From: Mobula hypostoma
Taxonomy: Eukaryota
Length of the DNA: 64,000 bases
Assembly (NCBI RefSeq): GCF_963921235.1
Contig: NC_086097.1
Coordinates: 27,902,001-27,966,000, forward strand
Direction: 5' to 3'
Of this stretch, positions 1 to 12,183 are shown piece by piece. The position numbers and the translations under genes were made by a program. Position 1 is the first letter of the stretch. Each line of letters starts with the position of its first letter. The notes beneath the pieces were generated by a model that was not told where the DNA came from, did no database searches, and saw only the letters and a program-made list of their open reading frames with translations.

Positions 1-400
1 ATGTCACCAACAAACTGCAAATTACTACATTTTTCCCTCATCTAAATCATTATACATCATGAATAGTCGAACCTGAAGTACTCATCTCTTAAGTGCCCCA
101 TTAGTTACCCAATTTACCACTTGCCACCCCTATTTATTCATTTTATTTCCTGTCAATCGATTTTCAAACATGTCAATACATTAGCCTTGATACCTGTGCT
201 TTAATTTCACATTTTAATTTTTTTTTACAGGACTCTTTCAAAGACTTTCTAAAATTCAAATACACCCCATTCTCTGGATTTCCCTTATCTATACATTTTT
301 AAAAAACTCCAGTAGGTTTGTCAAACACCATTTCCTTCTAAGAAATCCATCCTGACTTTGTCTAATCCCACTGATATTTTACCAGACTTGTGATAGCTCC
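1..400 (-). mobile_element. Old degenerate CR1 RT fragment
   Basis: Weak similarity to the minus-strand CR1 RT sequence at 7080-7460. Confidence 0.45.
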
Positions 401-789
401 CTTGCCACAGTCTCTAATACTTTCCTTATCAGTCTTTAAGATTTCAGTATCTGTAGTGTCTTTTATCTTCTTAAGTTTCCTGCTTTCTCTTTCTCTCTCA
501 TTTGTTCTTAAAAGAATAAAACATGTGCAGCTTGCTATCTGGGACTGTGTTGAAATCCTTCCACAAATCCATGTGGATGACCTCAAAGGCACCATTCTTC
601 ATTGTTGTTCCATGGCATCATAAAATCTCAACTGTTAGTCAGATATGACTTTCCTTTAATAAATCTACAGACCTGTACCCAGGGGTTCTAAAGGATTTTG
701 CAGACATTTGCTGAAAAAAATGTTTCCCAAAGGGAGTGGTGGTGGTGGGGGGTGGGGGGGAGGTGTTGTCTTGAATGACAGACTACAGA

Positions 790-1070
790 ATTTCTTCTAA
801 TCCTCATTCCTATTTCAACATGTTGGTCACGTCCTCCTTTACTGCACAATGAGGCCACACTCTCAGGTTGGAGGAGCAACACCTCATATTCCGTCTAGAT
901 AGCCTCCAATCTGATGGCATAAACATCGATTTCTCTAACTTCTGGTCCCCTCCCCCTTCTCTCTTCTTCTATTCTGGCTCCCCTCTTAGCTCTTTCTTTT
1001 CTCCTCACGTGCCGATCACCTCCCCCTGGTGCTCCTCTTCCCTCCCTTTCTCCCCTGGTTGAATCTCCTT
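790..1070 (+). mobile_element. Penelope-like element fragment (GIY-YIG C-terminus plus pyrimidine-rich tail)
   Basis: EEQHLIFRLDSLQSDGINIDFSNF matches the end of the GIY-YIG ORF at 56370-56696. Confidence 0.8.
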
Positions 1071-1161
1071 TCATCTCAGATCAGAATCAGAATTAGGTTT
1101 AATATCACTGGCATATGTTGTGAAATTTATTAACTTTATGACAGCAGTACAATGAAATACA

Positions 1162-1817
1162 TGAAACACCCTGGTTTCCTTGGCTGCGCAAGTCTACAGA
1201 AGACAACCTCCGGCCCCGCCAAACTCGTGAAATTGAGGGTACTTGATCCCACCCCAAACCCCGGTTTGTGTGGATGCTGTGTAATTCACTACGCTGTCAC
1301 AAATTAATACAACAAAATAACAGACAGCACACTGCATACAATTAAAGGAATATTTATGAATCTCAACTGAAGGGTTAGCAAAGAATAACAAAAAGAAAAG
1401 GGCCCATTCTAATTAAACAGTTAAAGGTGCACAAGTTGGATCTCATCTTTAAATTCTCTGTCACTCACATGCTGGGCCCCCAGTCAATGAGAAAGCACAC
1501 ACCACCTTCCAAATGTCGCTCACAATCCATCTCAAATAAACGGATCTGCAACTGGAACATATGCTACAACCGGTTCTCCCCAGCATCTTCTCTCTTCATC
1601 TCCTCTCGAACAAAAGCTCCAAACCCAACCCTAGTGTCCTTCACCAGAGAAACCTCCCCTTAATCTGATCATCCTAATTGGGTGGCACACATTCCTCCTC
1701 TCTCTCATCTTCAACTGTAACCCAAACAAGCATGAAAACAGAACAAACAGCTCTTACAGAGCTGCCAAAATGAAATACATACAGCATAACAGTAAAAATA
1801 TGAACCACTGCATTACA
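1162..1817 (-). mobile_element. Solo Gypsy LTR
   Basis: TG...CA termini, 4-bp TSD TACA (1158-1161, 1818-1821); shares blocks (gccaaact, gtggatgctg, aaaagaaaagggcccattct) with the LTRs at 43976 and 50166. Confidence 0.88.
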
Positions 1818-2354
1818 TACACAAGCAAATATAGAAAAAGAAAAACTTATCTACAGTAAGTACATATGTCCACAAAATAATTACATTAAAATAAGTACTG
1901 CAAAACAGAAATAAAAATGCAGCAAAGTAGTGTTCATGGATTCAATGTCCATTTGGAAATTGAATGGCAGAGGGGAAGACACTGTTCCTGAATCACTGGG
2001 TGTATGCCTTCAGGCTTCTGTATCTCCTTTCCGACAGTAATAATGAGAAGAGGGCACGTCCTGGGTGGTGGGGGTCCTTAATGATGGAAGCCACCTTCCT
2101 AAGGTACCACTCTTTGAAGATATCTGAGATACTACAGAGGCTAGTACCCATGACCGAGCTGACTTAATATTAAAAGTTTTTGCAACTTAACTTCGATTTT
2201 TGTGCAGTAGCCCCACCCCCTTCATGCCAGATGGTGACGCAGCCAGTCAGAATGCTCTTCATGGTATATGTGCAGAAGTTTTTGAATGTTTTAGTTGACA
2301 AACCAGATCTCTGCAAATTCCTAATGAAATATAGCCGCTGTCTTACCTTCTTTA

Positions 2355-2963
2355 TGTAAGGGTTTCTTTATGTTACTGCTAAGGTGAATAAAATGGTTTT
2401 TCTGTACTGTTAACTGCTGAGACAGTGGTCCTCTATAGCAGCATGTTTGGGTTATAATTAGTGATAACGGGACTTGTATTCATTTGCTAACCAACTGGGA
2501 TAGATATTATTCTTTCTGTCTGTGTGAAAGCTGTTAGTTTGCATGGGCTTGGGGCAGAAGGCACGAGGAGGGTGAAGAGAGGAGGATGAAGAGAGAAGGC
2601 GTGACTTGAGGAGACGGTTGCCGGACCCGCTGGGCCTGGGCTCGGGGCGGGAGCCCAGGGACTGACTAGTGAAGGATCAGCGAAAGGGAATCCGTGAGCT
2701 CCAACATTTGTGCACTGGCCATGTTTATGAGATTATTGGCGCATTTTATTTGTTTTCCTTTTCTTTTGTTTCTCTACTAACCCCAAACTTAAATATAAAA
2801 TCTTAATTGTTTAACCGCACATTGTGGACTGAATGTTATTTCAGGGTACTGATGTTACACAGAGGACACAACACGCAGCGTCCACCCAAACAAGAATGCT
2901 GAAGTTTGGTCGGGGAGGGGAGCCACCCCCGAGATCATGCCACTAGGGGCAACGAGTTTTACA
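2355..2963 (+). mobile_element. Solo Gypsy LTR (opposite orientation)
   Basis: TGTAA...TTACA termini, TSD TTTA (2351-2354, 2964-2967); 2780-2915 is reverse-complementary to part of the Gypsy LTRs. Confidence 0.88.
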
Positions 2964-3298
2964 TTTATAACTGCATCAATATGTTGCATCCAGATTAATT
3001 CTTCTCCAGCCCTTTACCTTTTTCACCTAACCTCACCCAGTTTCTTACTTCACCCCCCTTTAAAGGTAAAAGTACAGAGTCTGTATCAACAAATCCTGGA
3101 AGAACCATCAAATGTTAGACAAAGGAGAGTCAGTGGATGTTGTGTACTTGGACTTTCAGAAGGCCTTTGACAAGGTGCTGCACATGAGATTGCTAAATAA
3201 TACGATAAGAGCCCATGGTATTATAGGAACGATACTGTCATGGGTGGAAGATTGGCTGACTGACAGGAGGCAAAGAGTGGGAATAAAGGGAGCCTTTT

Positions 3299-3436
3299 TT
3301 CACCAGTCCTGCCGAAGGGTTTCGGCCCGAAATGTCGACTGTACTTTTTTTCCATAGATGCTGCCTGGCCTGCAGAGTTCCCGCAGCATTTTGTGTGTGT
3401 TGCTCAGACTTCCAGCATCTTCAGATTTTCTCGTTT
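3299..3436 (+). mobile_element. 138-bp Penelope-terminus-derived insertion carrying a hammerhead motif
   Basis: 16-bp TSD ATAAAGGGAGCCTTTT (3283-3298, 3437-3452); homologous to the PLE terminus at 41510-41650. Confidence 0.85.
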
Positions 3437-3913
3437 ATAAAGGGAGCCTTTTCTGGTTGGCTACCAGTGACTAGTGGTGTTTCACAGGGGTTAGTATTGG
3501 GGCCGTTTCTTTTTATGTTGTATGTCAATGATTTGGATGACAGAACTGATAGCTTGTGGCCAAGTTTGCAGACAATCCAGATATAGGTAGAGGGCAGGTA
3601 GTGTTGCTGAAGTAGGTAATCTGCAGATAAACGTAGACAGATTAGGAGAATGGACAAAGAAGTGGCAAGTGGAATACAGTATAGGGAAGTGTATGGTCAG
3701 GCACTTTGGTAGAAGGAATAAAGGCATAAACTATTTTCTAAATGGGAAGGATAACCTTGCTTAATGGCATTGGTCCATGGCATAAAAATGATTGGAAACC
3801 ACTGACCTAAAGGTTAATTTGCAAGTTGAGGTGGTAGTGAGGAAGACAAATGCAAAATTAGCATTCATTCTGAGAGGACTGGAATGTAAAAGCAAGGATG
3901 TAATGTGAAGGCT

Positions 3914-4197
3914 TGTGGCGACCCACTTTCTAGCACACACGAACCGGCTCACAACAGCGCGCGCAAGCAGAGGGCTGGCCCCAAAAAGGGCGCCAGGCCA
4001 TCTTCACCAGCGGGGGAAAATCCCGCGTGCAGAAAAGGTCTGGGAATATGCATTCCCCACAGTAGTCCCGCCCAGGGAGGGCGGGAACGGGAAGACTTTA
4101 AAGCAGGTTAGGAAGTTTGAATAAATCTCTTTCATTGCAACTCCAACTCACCGACTCCGTGTGGTTATTCTAGCGGTGTGTGTAGCACACTGCTACA
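3914..4197 (+). mobile_element. Short solo LTR (284 bp), distinct family
   Basis: TGTGGC...GCTACA termini, TSD GGCT (3910-3913, 4198-4201), TTTAAA then AATAAA (about 4120); interrupts the CR1. Confidence 0.85.
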
Positions 4198-5162
4198 GGC
4201 TTTTAATTCATTGGTCAGACCACAATTGGAGTGTTGTGAGCAGTTTGGGGCCCCCTTATGTAAGAACGGATGTGCTGTCATTGGAAAGGATCCAGAGGTT
4301 TGCAAGAATGAATCCAGGAATGAAAGAATTAATGTGTGTCAAGTATCTGATAGCTCTGGGCCTGTGCTCGCTGGAGTTACCTCTGCTTCTTCACCATGGA
4401 GAATGGGGGTGGGGGGATTGTACTGAAATATAATAAATATCAAAAGGCCTAGGTAAAGGGGACAGAGAGAAGATGTTTCCTATACTGGTGGAGTCTAGGA
4501 CCAGAGGGTACAGCCTCAGATCAGAAGGATATCCCTTTAGAACAGAGATGCAGAAGAATTTGTTTAGCAAGACGGTGCTGAATCTCTGGAATTCATTGCC
4601 ATAGACAACTATGGAGGCCAAGTCATTGGATATATTTAAGGAGAAGGTTACAGGTTCTTGATTAGTAAGCCTATCAGAGCTTATGGGGAGACTGTGGAGA
4701 ATGGGGTTGAGAGGGATAATAAATCAGCTATAATGGAATTTTGGAGCAGATTTGATGGGCTGAGTGGCCTAATTCTGTTCCTATATCTTATGGTCTTTTT
4801 TTTCCAATGTATTTTGAGTTCCTTTCTTTTAGCAAGGTTTTCAGACAACCTGGAGTTGAATTTCAAATCAAAGCTTCTTGTTTACAGCATTAATAACTTT
4901 CTCCCCTTAAGATGCTAGGGAAGCTACAGGCTTTCAGGACTTCATTGTAGTAGAAATCTTTTGAACTAAAAACCTTTTGGAGTTAAAGATGTTTGGAAAC
5001 TTCGTGGAAAGAACAGACTTTTGAGTCAAATTTGCAATATTTATATTGTGAAAAAACCTACTGAAGCCCACACTACAAAGCTGTGTGATGGATCTCAGCT
5101 TCAACCCACCACATCCACTACTCACCGCAAACACATCAATTCCAATGACAGAGATCACATAC

Positions 5163-5246
5163 CTTATCATGTCCTGCATCACCTCCTTGCACAATTTCAG
5201 GAGCCATGTATTCTATGGTTCCACAAAAAGAGTATGCTCGCTCATT
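5163..5246 (-). CDS. RPS6KA5: Internal coding exon (84 bp, phase 0/0) of ribosomal protein S6 kinase alpha-5 / MSK1, N-terminal kinase activation loop
   Basis: Minus strand reads tttttttaaacctatAG|AATGAG...GATAAG|GTatgt and translates to NERAYSFCGTIEYMAPEIVQGGDAGHDK. From memory, human MSK1 has TERAYSFCGTIEYMAPDIVRGGDSGHDK, whereas MSK2 has RTFSFCG...SKTGHGK. Canonical splice sites on both sides. Confidence 0.93.
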
Positions 5247-5516
5247 CTATAGGTTTAAAAAAACAATTAAAATTAAATTTGCAATTTAAAATTCACAAAT
5301 TAAAAATGTACAAAAATAGATATTTCTGCAGAGGATATAACCAAAGTCACAAAATTGGGCATCTTCCACAGCAATGCAATGAAAGAATTATAGATGCAGT
5401 TGTACCACACAAAAATAGGCCCTTTGATCTGACTGGTCCATGCTAATTGGGATGTCTATCTATGTTAATCTTATTTTCCTGATTTAGACCATAAGACAGA
5501 GAAAGAGAATTGGGCC

Positions 5517-5748
5517 ATCTTGGGTACTAGCCTACAAAGTATCCAGGACATATTCAAGGAGCGGTGTCTCAGAAAGGCAGTGTCCATTATTAAGGACCTC
5601 CAGCACCCAAGGCATGCCCTTTTTTCACTGTTACCATCAGGAAGGAGGTACAGAAGCCTGAAGGCACACACTCAGTGATTCAAGAACAGCTTTTTCCCTC
5701 TGCCATCCAATTCCTAAATGGACACTGAACCCTTGAACACTACCTCAC

Positions 5749-5785
<37 letters not shown>

Positions 5786-5951
5786 TCTGTTTTTCTGCAT
5801 GATTTTAATATATTCAATATACATATACTGTAATTGATTTACTAATTTATCATTATTTTTTTCTTCTATGTTATGTATTGCATTGAACTACTGTTACTAA
5901 GTTAACAAATTTCACAACACATGCCAGTGATACTAAACCTGATTCTGATTC
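5517..5951 (+). mobile_element. Rex1/Babar-like LINE 3' end
   Basis: Encodes ...RKAVSIIKDLQHPRHALFSLLPSGRRYRSLK, like the ORF end at 34707; (CTGATT)n tail. Confidence 0.75.
5753..5780. repeat. (TA)14 microsatellite
   Basis: Direct reading. Confidence 0.95.
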
Positions 5952-6029
5952 AGTGCGTCCACATGAGGAATTCTGCAGATGCTGGAAATTCAAGCAACAC
6001 ACATCAAAGTTGCTGGTGAACGCAGCAGT

Positions 6030-6725
6030 CAGGGTGCGTGGTAACTCTGTGTAATTCTTTGGCACAGGCAGCTGTGAAGGCCAAATCCTTATGTATTTTA
6101 ATGACAGAGGTTGTTAGATTCTTGATTGGTTAGGGCATGAAGAGATTCGGGAAGAAGGCAGGAGATTGGGGCTGAGTGGAAATTGGATCAGCCATGATGA
6201 AATGGTTGAACAGATTTGATGGGTCAAATGGCCTAATTCTGCTCCTGCATCTTATGGTCTTATTTGCAATTTTCCAGTTCTCTGGAATCAGCTCTGAATC
6301 CAGTGATTCTTGAAAGATTATTACTAATGACTCCACACTCTCTTCAACTACCTCTTTCAGAACACTGGGGTATAGTTCATCTGGTCCAGGTGATATATCT
6401 ACCTTCAGACCTATTTGCTTCCCAAGCACCTTCTCCTTAGTAATAACAACTACATTCACTTGTTCCTGCCCCAACACTCTCAAATCTCTGCTAGTGTCTT
6501 CCACAGAGAAGACTGATGCAAAATACCATTTCTTTGTACCCCATTATTAGCTTTGCAGCATAATTTTCCAGTGGTCCAATATCCACTCTCTCCTCTCTTT
6601 TACTCCTTATATATCTGAAAAAATCTTTGATATTATCTTTTTTATTTTTGGCTAGCTTACACTCATAATTCATTTTTCCCATTTCTTATGGCTTTTTTAG
6701 TTGCCTTCTGTAGACTTTTAAAACC
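6030..6725. mobile_element. CR1 3' tail (+, about 6030-6262) abutting a minus-strand CR1 ORF2 fragment (about 6263-6725)
   Basis: cttatggtctt tail; SPGPDELYPSVLKE...PENWKIAN on the minus strand. Confidence 0.8.
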
Positions 6726-6779
6726 TTCCCATGAAATGTGGCCCTTAATCCTTGATTCCATTCTTGTCCACGTACCAAT

Positions 6780-9700
6780 CTCATGGTTGATGAAGGCCAA
6801 TGCACCATATGCCTTCTTAAGCAAACAGTCAACCTGCACAGCAGCTTTGAGTGTCCTATGGACATGGACCCCAAGATCCCTCTGATCCTCCACACTGCCA
6901 GGAGTCTTACTATTAATACTATATTCTGCCATCATATTTGACCTACCAAAATGAACCACCTCACACTTATCTGGGTTGAACTCCATCTGCCACCTCTCAG
7001 CTCAATTTTGCATCCTATCGATGTCCCACTGTAACCTCTGTCAACCCTCCACACAATCCACAACACCCCCAACCTTTGTGTCATCAGCAAATTTACTAAC
7101 CCATCCCTCTACTTCCTCATCCAGGTCATTTATATAAAATCACAAAGAGAAGAGGACCCAGAACAGATCCCTGAGGCACACCACTGGTCACCAACCTCCA
7201 TGCAGAATATGACCTGTCTACAACCACTCTTTGCCTTCTCTGAGCAAGCCAATTCTGGATCCATAAAACAACGTCTCCTTGGATCTCATGCCTCCTTACT
7301 TTCTCAATAAGCCTTGTATGGGGTACCTTATCAAATGCCTTGCTGAAATCCATATATACTATGTCTACTGCTCTATTTTCATCAATGTGTTTAGTCACAT
7401 CCTCAAAAAAATCAATCAGGCTCGTAAGGCACGACCTGCTTTTGACAAAGCCATGCTGACTATTTCTAATCATATTATGCCTCTCTAAATGTTCATAAAT
7501 CCTGCCTCTCAGGATCTTCTCCATCATCTTACCAACCACTGAAGTAAGACTCACTGGTCTATAATTTCCTGGGCTATCTCCACTCCCTTTCTTGAGTGAG
7601 GGAACAACACCTGCAACCTTCTAATCCTCCAGAACCTCTCCCATCCCCACTGATGATGCAGAGATCATTGCCAGAGGCTCAGCAATCTCCTCCCTCGCCT
7701 CCCACAGCAGCCTGGGGTATATCACGTCCAGTCCCGGTGATTTATCCAACTTGATGCTTTCCAAAAGCTCCAGTACATCGTCTTTCTTAACGTCCATATG
7801 CTCAAGTTTTTCAGTCCGCTGTAAGTCATCCCTACAATCGCTAAGGTCCTTTTCCGCAGTGAATACTGAAGCAAAGTATTCATTAAGTACCTCCACTATC
7901 TCCTCCGGTTCCATACACACTTTTCCACTGTCACACTTGATTGGTCCTATTCTCTCACGTCTTATCCTCTTGCTCTTCATATACTTGTAGAATGCCTTGG
8001 GGTTTTCCTTAGTCGTGCTCGCCAAGTCCTTCTCATGGCCCCTTCTGGCTCTCCTAATTTCATTCTTAAGCTCCTTCCTGCTAGCCTTATAGTTTTCTGG
8101 ATCTCTATCATTACCTACTTTTTTGAACCTTTTGTAAGCGTTTCTTTTCTTCTTGACTAGATTTTCAACAGCCATTGTACACTATGATTCCTGTACCCTA
8201 CCATCCTTTCCCTGTCTCATTGGAACATACCTATGCAGAATGCCACGCAAATGTCCCCTGAACATTTGCCACATTTTTGCTGTACAGTTCCCTGAGAACA
8301 TCTGTTCCCAATTTATGCTTTCAAGTTCCTGCCTGCTAGCTTCATATTTCCTCTTAGTCCAATTAAACACTTTCCTAACTTGTCTGTTCCTATCCCTCTC
8401 CAATGCTACCGTAAAGGAGACAGAATTGTGATCACTATCTCCAAAATGCTCTTCCACTGAGAGAACTGACACCGGACCAGGTTCATTTCCCAATACCAGA
8501 TCAAGTACAGCCTCTCCTCTTGTAGGCTTATCTACACATTGTGTCAGGAAACCTTCCTGAACACACCTAACAAATTCCACCCCATCTGAACCCCTTGCTC
8601 TCGGGAGATGCCAATCAATATTAAGGAAATTAATATCTCCCACCACGACAACCCTGTTATTATTGCATCTTTCCAGAAATGCCTCCCTATTTGCTACTCA
8701 ATGTCCCAGATACCCTTGGGTGGTCTATAAAAAACACCTAATAGAGTTATTGACCCCTTGCTGTTCCTAACTACCACTCACAAACACTGAGTGGACAATC
8801 CCTCCATGACTTCCTCCTTTTCTGCAGCCGTGACACTCTCTCTTATCAGCAGTGCCGCGTCCCCACCTCTTTTGCCTCCCTCCCTGTCCTTTCTGAAACA
8901 TCTAAAGCCTTGCATTCTAAGTAGCCATTTCTGCCCCTGAGCCATACAAGTCCCTGTCATGACCAAAACATCATAGGTCCAAGTACTGATCCACGCTCTA
9001 AGTTCATCCGCTTTGTTCATGATGCTCCTTGCATTAAAATAGACATATCTCAAACCATCAGTCTGAGTGTATCCCTTCTCTTTCACCTGCCTATCCTCCC
9101 TCTCACACAGCCTACAAGCTTTCTCTATTTGTGAGCCAACCGCTCCTTCCTCTGTCTCTTCAGTTCGGCTCCCAACCCCAGCAATTCTAGTTTAAACTCT
9201 CACCAGCAGCCTTGGAAAACCTCCCTGCCAGGATATTGGTCCTCCTTGGATTCAAGTGCAACCCGTCCTTTTTGTACAGGTCACACCTGCCCCAAAAGAA
9301 GTCCCAGTGATCCAGGAATCTGAATCTCTACCCCCTGCTCCAATCCCTCAGCCATGCACTTATCCTTGACCTCACCATTATATACACACAGTCGCTTGGC
9401 ACGGGCAGTAATCCCGAGATGACTACCTTTGTGGTCCTGCTTCTCAACTTCCTTTCTAACTCCCTGTAGTCTGTTTTCAGGACCTCCTGCCTTTTCCTAC
9501 CTATATCGCTGGTACCAATATGCACCACAACCTCTGGCTGTTCACCTTCCTATTTCAGGATGTCGTGGACGTGATCAGAAACATCCCGGACCCTGGCACC
9601 TGGAAGGCAAACTATCATCAGTGTTTCTTTCCTGTGTCCACAGAATCGCCTGTCTGACCCTCTAACTATTGAGTCCCCTTTCACTGCTGCCGTCCTCTTC

Positions 9701-10285
9701 CTTTTCCTACCCTTCTGAGCCACAGGGCCAGACTTTGTGCCAGAGGCATGGCCACTATTCCCCCAGGTAGGTCGTCCCCCCAACAGTAAATAGGAGTACT
9801 TATTGTTAAGCGATACTCTCTAGTATCTGACTCTTGCCCTTTCCTCTCCTGACTGTTACCCACTTATTTGTCTCCCCAGGCCCTGGTGTGACTACCTGCC
9901 TATAGCTCCTCTCTATCACCTCCTCACTTTCCCTGACCAGACGAAGGTCATCAAGCTGCATCTCCAGTTCCCTAACCCGGTCCCTAAGGAGCTGCAGCTC
10001 GATGCACCTGGCACCTAACACAGATTGTGGCCATCGGGGAGGCTGAGACACCCAGTACAGAACACCAGGCTCACAAACATACTTTCTATTCCTATCCTTC
10101 ACCTACCTTGCCTCGACCTGTTATTGCTGAAGCCCTGTTGAGCCAAAACCCTCCTACTCTGTCTCCCTCTACTCTGGTGCCCGCTCCTCTGACACCCATT
10201 CTATAAAGCTGTCTTCTTTTTAAACTCTTCCTGCCGGTCTAACTCGCTGACATTCAAGCACCTGTGCATTCATTCCTCGATTAAA
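6780..10285 (-). mobile_element. Near full-length CR1 LINE lacking its 3' end: 5'UTR, ORF1 (coiled coil plus SGNH esterase), ORF2 (APE endonuclease plus RT), decayed
   Basis: ORF1 pieces LLRDRVRELEMQLDDL, GDSIVRG, VHIGTSD; ORF2 pieces YFNARSIMNK, GDINF, DLVL, SDHN, KSPGLD, QHGFVK, DFSKAFDKV, VPQGSVLGP. Confidence 0.93.
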
Positions 10286-11619
10286 ACTTTGAACAAACAA
10301 GTCTGACTATATACCCTATTCATTCCCCACTATTTTATTAATCTATATAAGGATTTAAGCCATTATTTTGATCAGAAAAATCCTTCTTTCCTTGGAAGGG
10401 AATCACTTGCCAGAGGGAACACGATACATGCTTATACTTTGACCTGAACCACAATGGCATTTTGCTTGAATGTGGCTATGTGAAAATAATGTTTTGTGGT
10501 TTTCCTGTACTTATATGTAAAAACTCTCAAGATAATCGTATATCTGCAGGAAGGTAACTGTTAGAATTCTTTTCCCAAAGAATGTTTATCTCATAACAAA
10601 GTACTTATACCTGGACAAAAGCCCATGGACATCTATCAGAAACAAATGAAGGAACTGAGCTGCAGTTTTGGAATTAATAGGCTGAGTCACAAGTATGGCT
10701 CAGAACCAAAGAAATTAATCAATCTACATTACAGATTAATTATATTTTGTAAGTGGAGGTGGACATTCAGTGGCCATCTTACTTATTCAGAAAAAAATGT
10801 TGTGGATTTTAATCATGCTGAAATTAACTCCACTGATGTGGCAGAATATAACTATAGTTCCAGTTTTAAATACGTATACTTTATTTGTTCACATTTTCCT
10901 TTCTGGAAGACCATAAGCCTTTTGTTCACTCTTCCCCTGTTCTGCCCCACCACCATTCCAAATTTCTGTTTTGAATTCTGGATCCAGAATTTCTTTGGTA
11001 AACTTAGAGCCACTGATGCTATCTAATACCTGTATCAGTGGTTGCCAGGTTAACTTGAATGAAACCACACTTACAATGGGTAAAATATAACCTCTTTCCT
11101 GTAAATTCCAGTTAACAAAACAGTACAATCCTTAAAGATGAAGAGACTGCCCTGGGAACTGATAACAGATCCTTAGCCAAGGTAGCTAGAACATTGTAAA
11201 AGGTAAAAAAAAAACTCAACCTAGCAAAATTATGTTAATATTAATAAAGCCTGATGGGGCTCTGTGACTTCTGGCATTTGCTTCAAGGGTACTGGGTCCT
11301 CCAGGCTGGGAACCACTGCCCTGCAGCATTGTTAAATGTGTACAGCAATTCTTTCACAACTACAATAATCAAGAAACTCATAGCTAGATACAATAACTAG
11401 ACGAAAGAGAAACACCATACAAGTTGAATTCCAGGCCAGGTACTGTTCTCCCTGCATTGAATTCAACAGGTCAAGTCAATGGATGCATTAACTGCAGCAA
11501 TAGAGATTTTAGCCCAGCCCAGAAAATTTGATCCGGAAACCTGGAACCCTGTTGGTGCCAAATTTTGAAGTGCAAGAAAGATTATGCACAGGAGTAACAA
11601 GACCAGGCAAACGTTTCAC

Positions 11620-11945
11620 TCTTCTAACTCTAAATATTGAAATATACAGTGAAATGCACCATTTCTAAGCATTGTGCAGATCAGCCCACATGTGTTGCCA
11701 TGCTTCCAGCGCCAAAACAGCATGCCTACAACTCACTCACCCTAACCTGCACATTTTTGGAATGTGGGAGAAATTCCATGCGGCCGCAGGGAGAACATTC
11801 CAATTCCTTACAGACAGGGGTAGGAATTGAACCCTGATCGTGATGCTTGCACCGTAAAGTTTTATGCTAACTGCTACACTACCATGCAACCCTGCATTTT
11901 ACTGTATGTTTTGATGTACATGTGACAAATAAAGCTAAAGTTAAT
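11620..11945. mobile_element. tRNA-derived V-SINE-like element (head on the minus strand) plus LINE-type tail
   Basis: Reverse complement resembles the SINE at 27338-27622. Confidence 0.55.
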
Positions 11946-12183
11946 CCCTAAATCCAAGTTGTTTTCTGTGTGAGAAGTCCAAGCATGATTACTCCAATTT
12001 TCAGTAACCAAAAACAAGTATCACAAACCACTGCCTGAAGGTTAACCAATCCAGACTTCTAAAAGTCATGCACTGTGAGTGCATTCTCAATATTCACTCC
12101 AAGTTCTCAACAGGGGGTGCAAGCCACTACTTTTCTCGCTATCCAGCAAAATAGATTAAAAAAACCTTAGGAGCTTTCATATA

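Larger units (their letters stand above)
1074..2990 (-). mobile_element. Rex1/Babar-like LINE 3' portion, interrupted by two solo LTRs
   Basis: (TCAGAA)n tail near 1075; 1960-2350 is the reverse complement of the family at 5517-5951; sequence resumes across both LTR insertions. Confidence 0.75.
3100..4797 (+). mobile_element. 5'-truncated CR1 LINE (RT to 3' tail), with three nested insertions
   Basis: VDVVYLDFQKAFDKV, VTSGVSQGLVLGP and LVRPQLECCEQF motifs; cttatggtctt tail. Confidence 0.9.

Noticed and set aside
3750..3805. Complete hAT MITE inside the CR1
   Set aside because: Only a right-end-like sequence is visible; no left TIR or TSD pair
4934..5194. 86-aa minus ORF overlapping the exon
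   Set aside because: Wrong frame relative to the kinase and runs through the splice donor
5021..5446. 141-aa plus-strand ORF
   Set aside because: Antisense to the real exon; no recognisable protein features
10974..10991. Perfect 18-bp palindrome AATTCTGGATCCAGAATT
   Set aside because: Isolated, with no TSD or associated structure; can arise by chance in 64 kb
10625..11026. 133-aa ORF in non-repeat DNA
   Set aside because: No motif, antisense to the host gene, composition typical of AT-rich noncoding DNA
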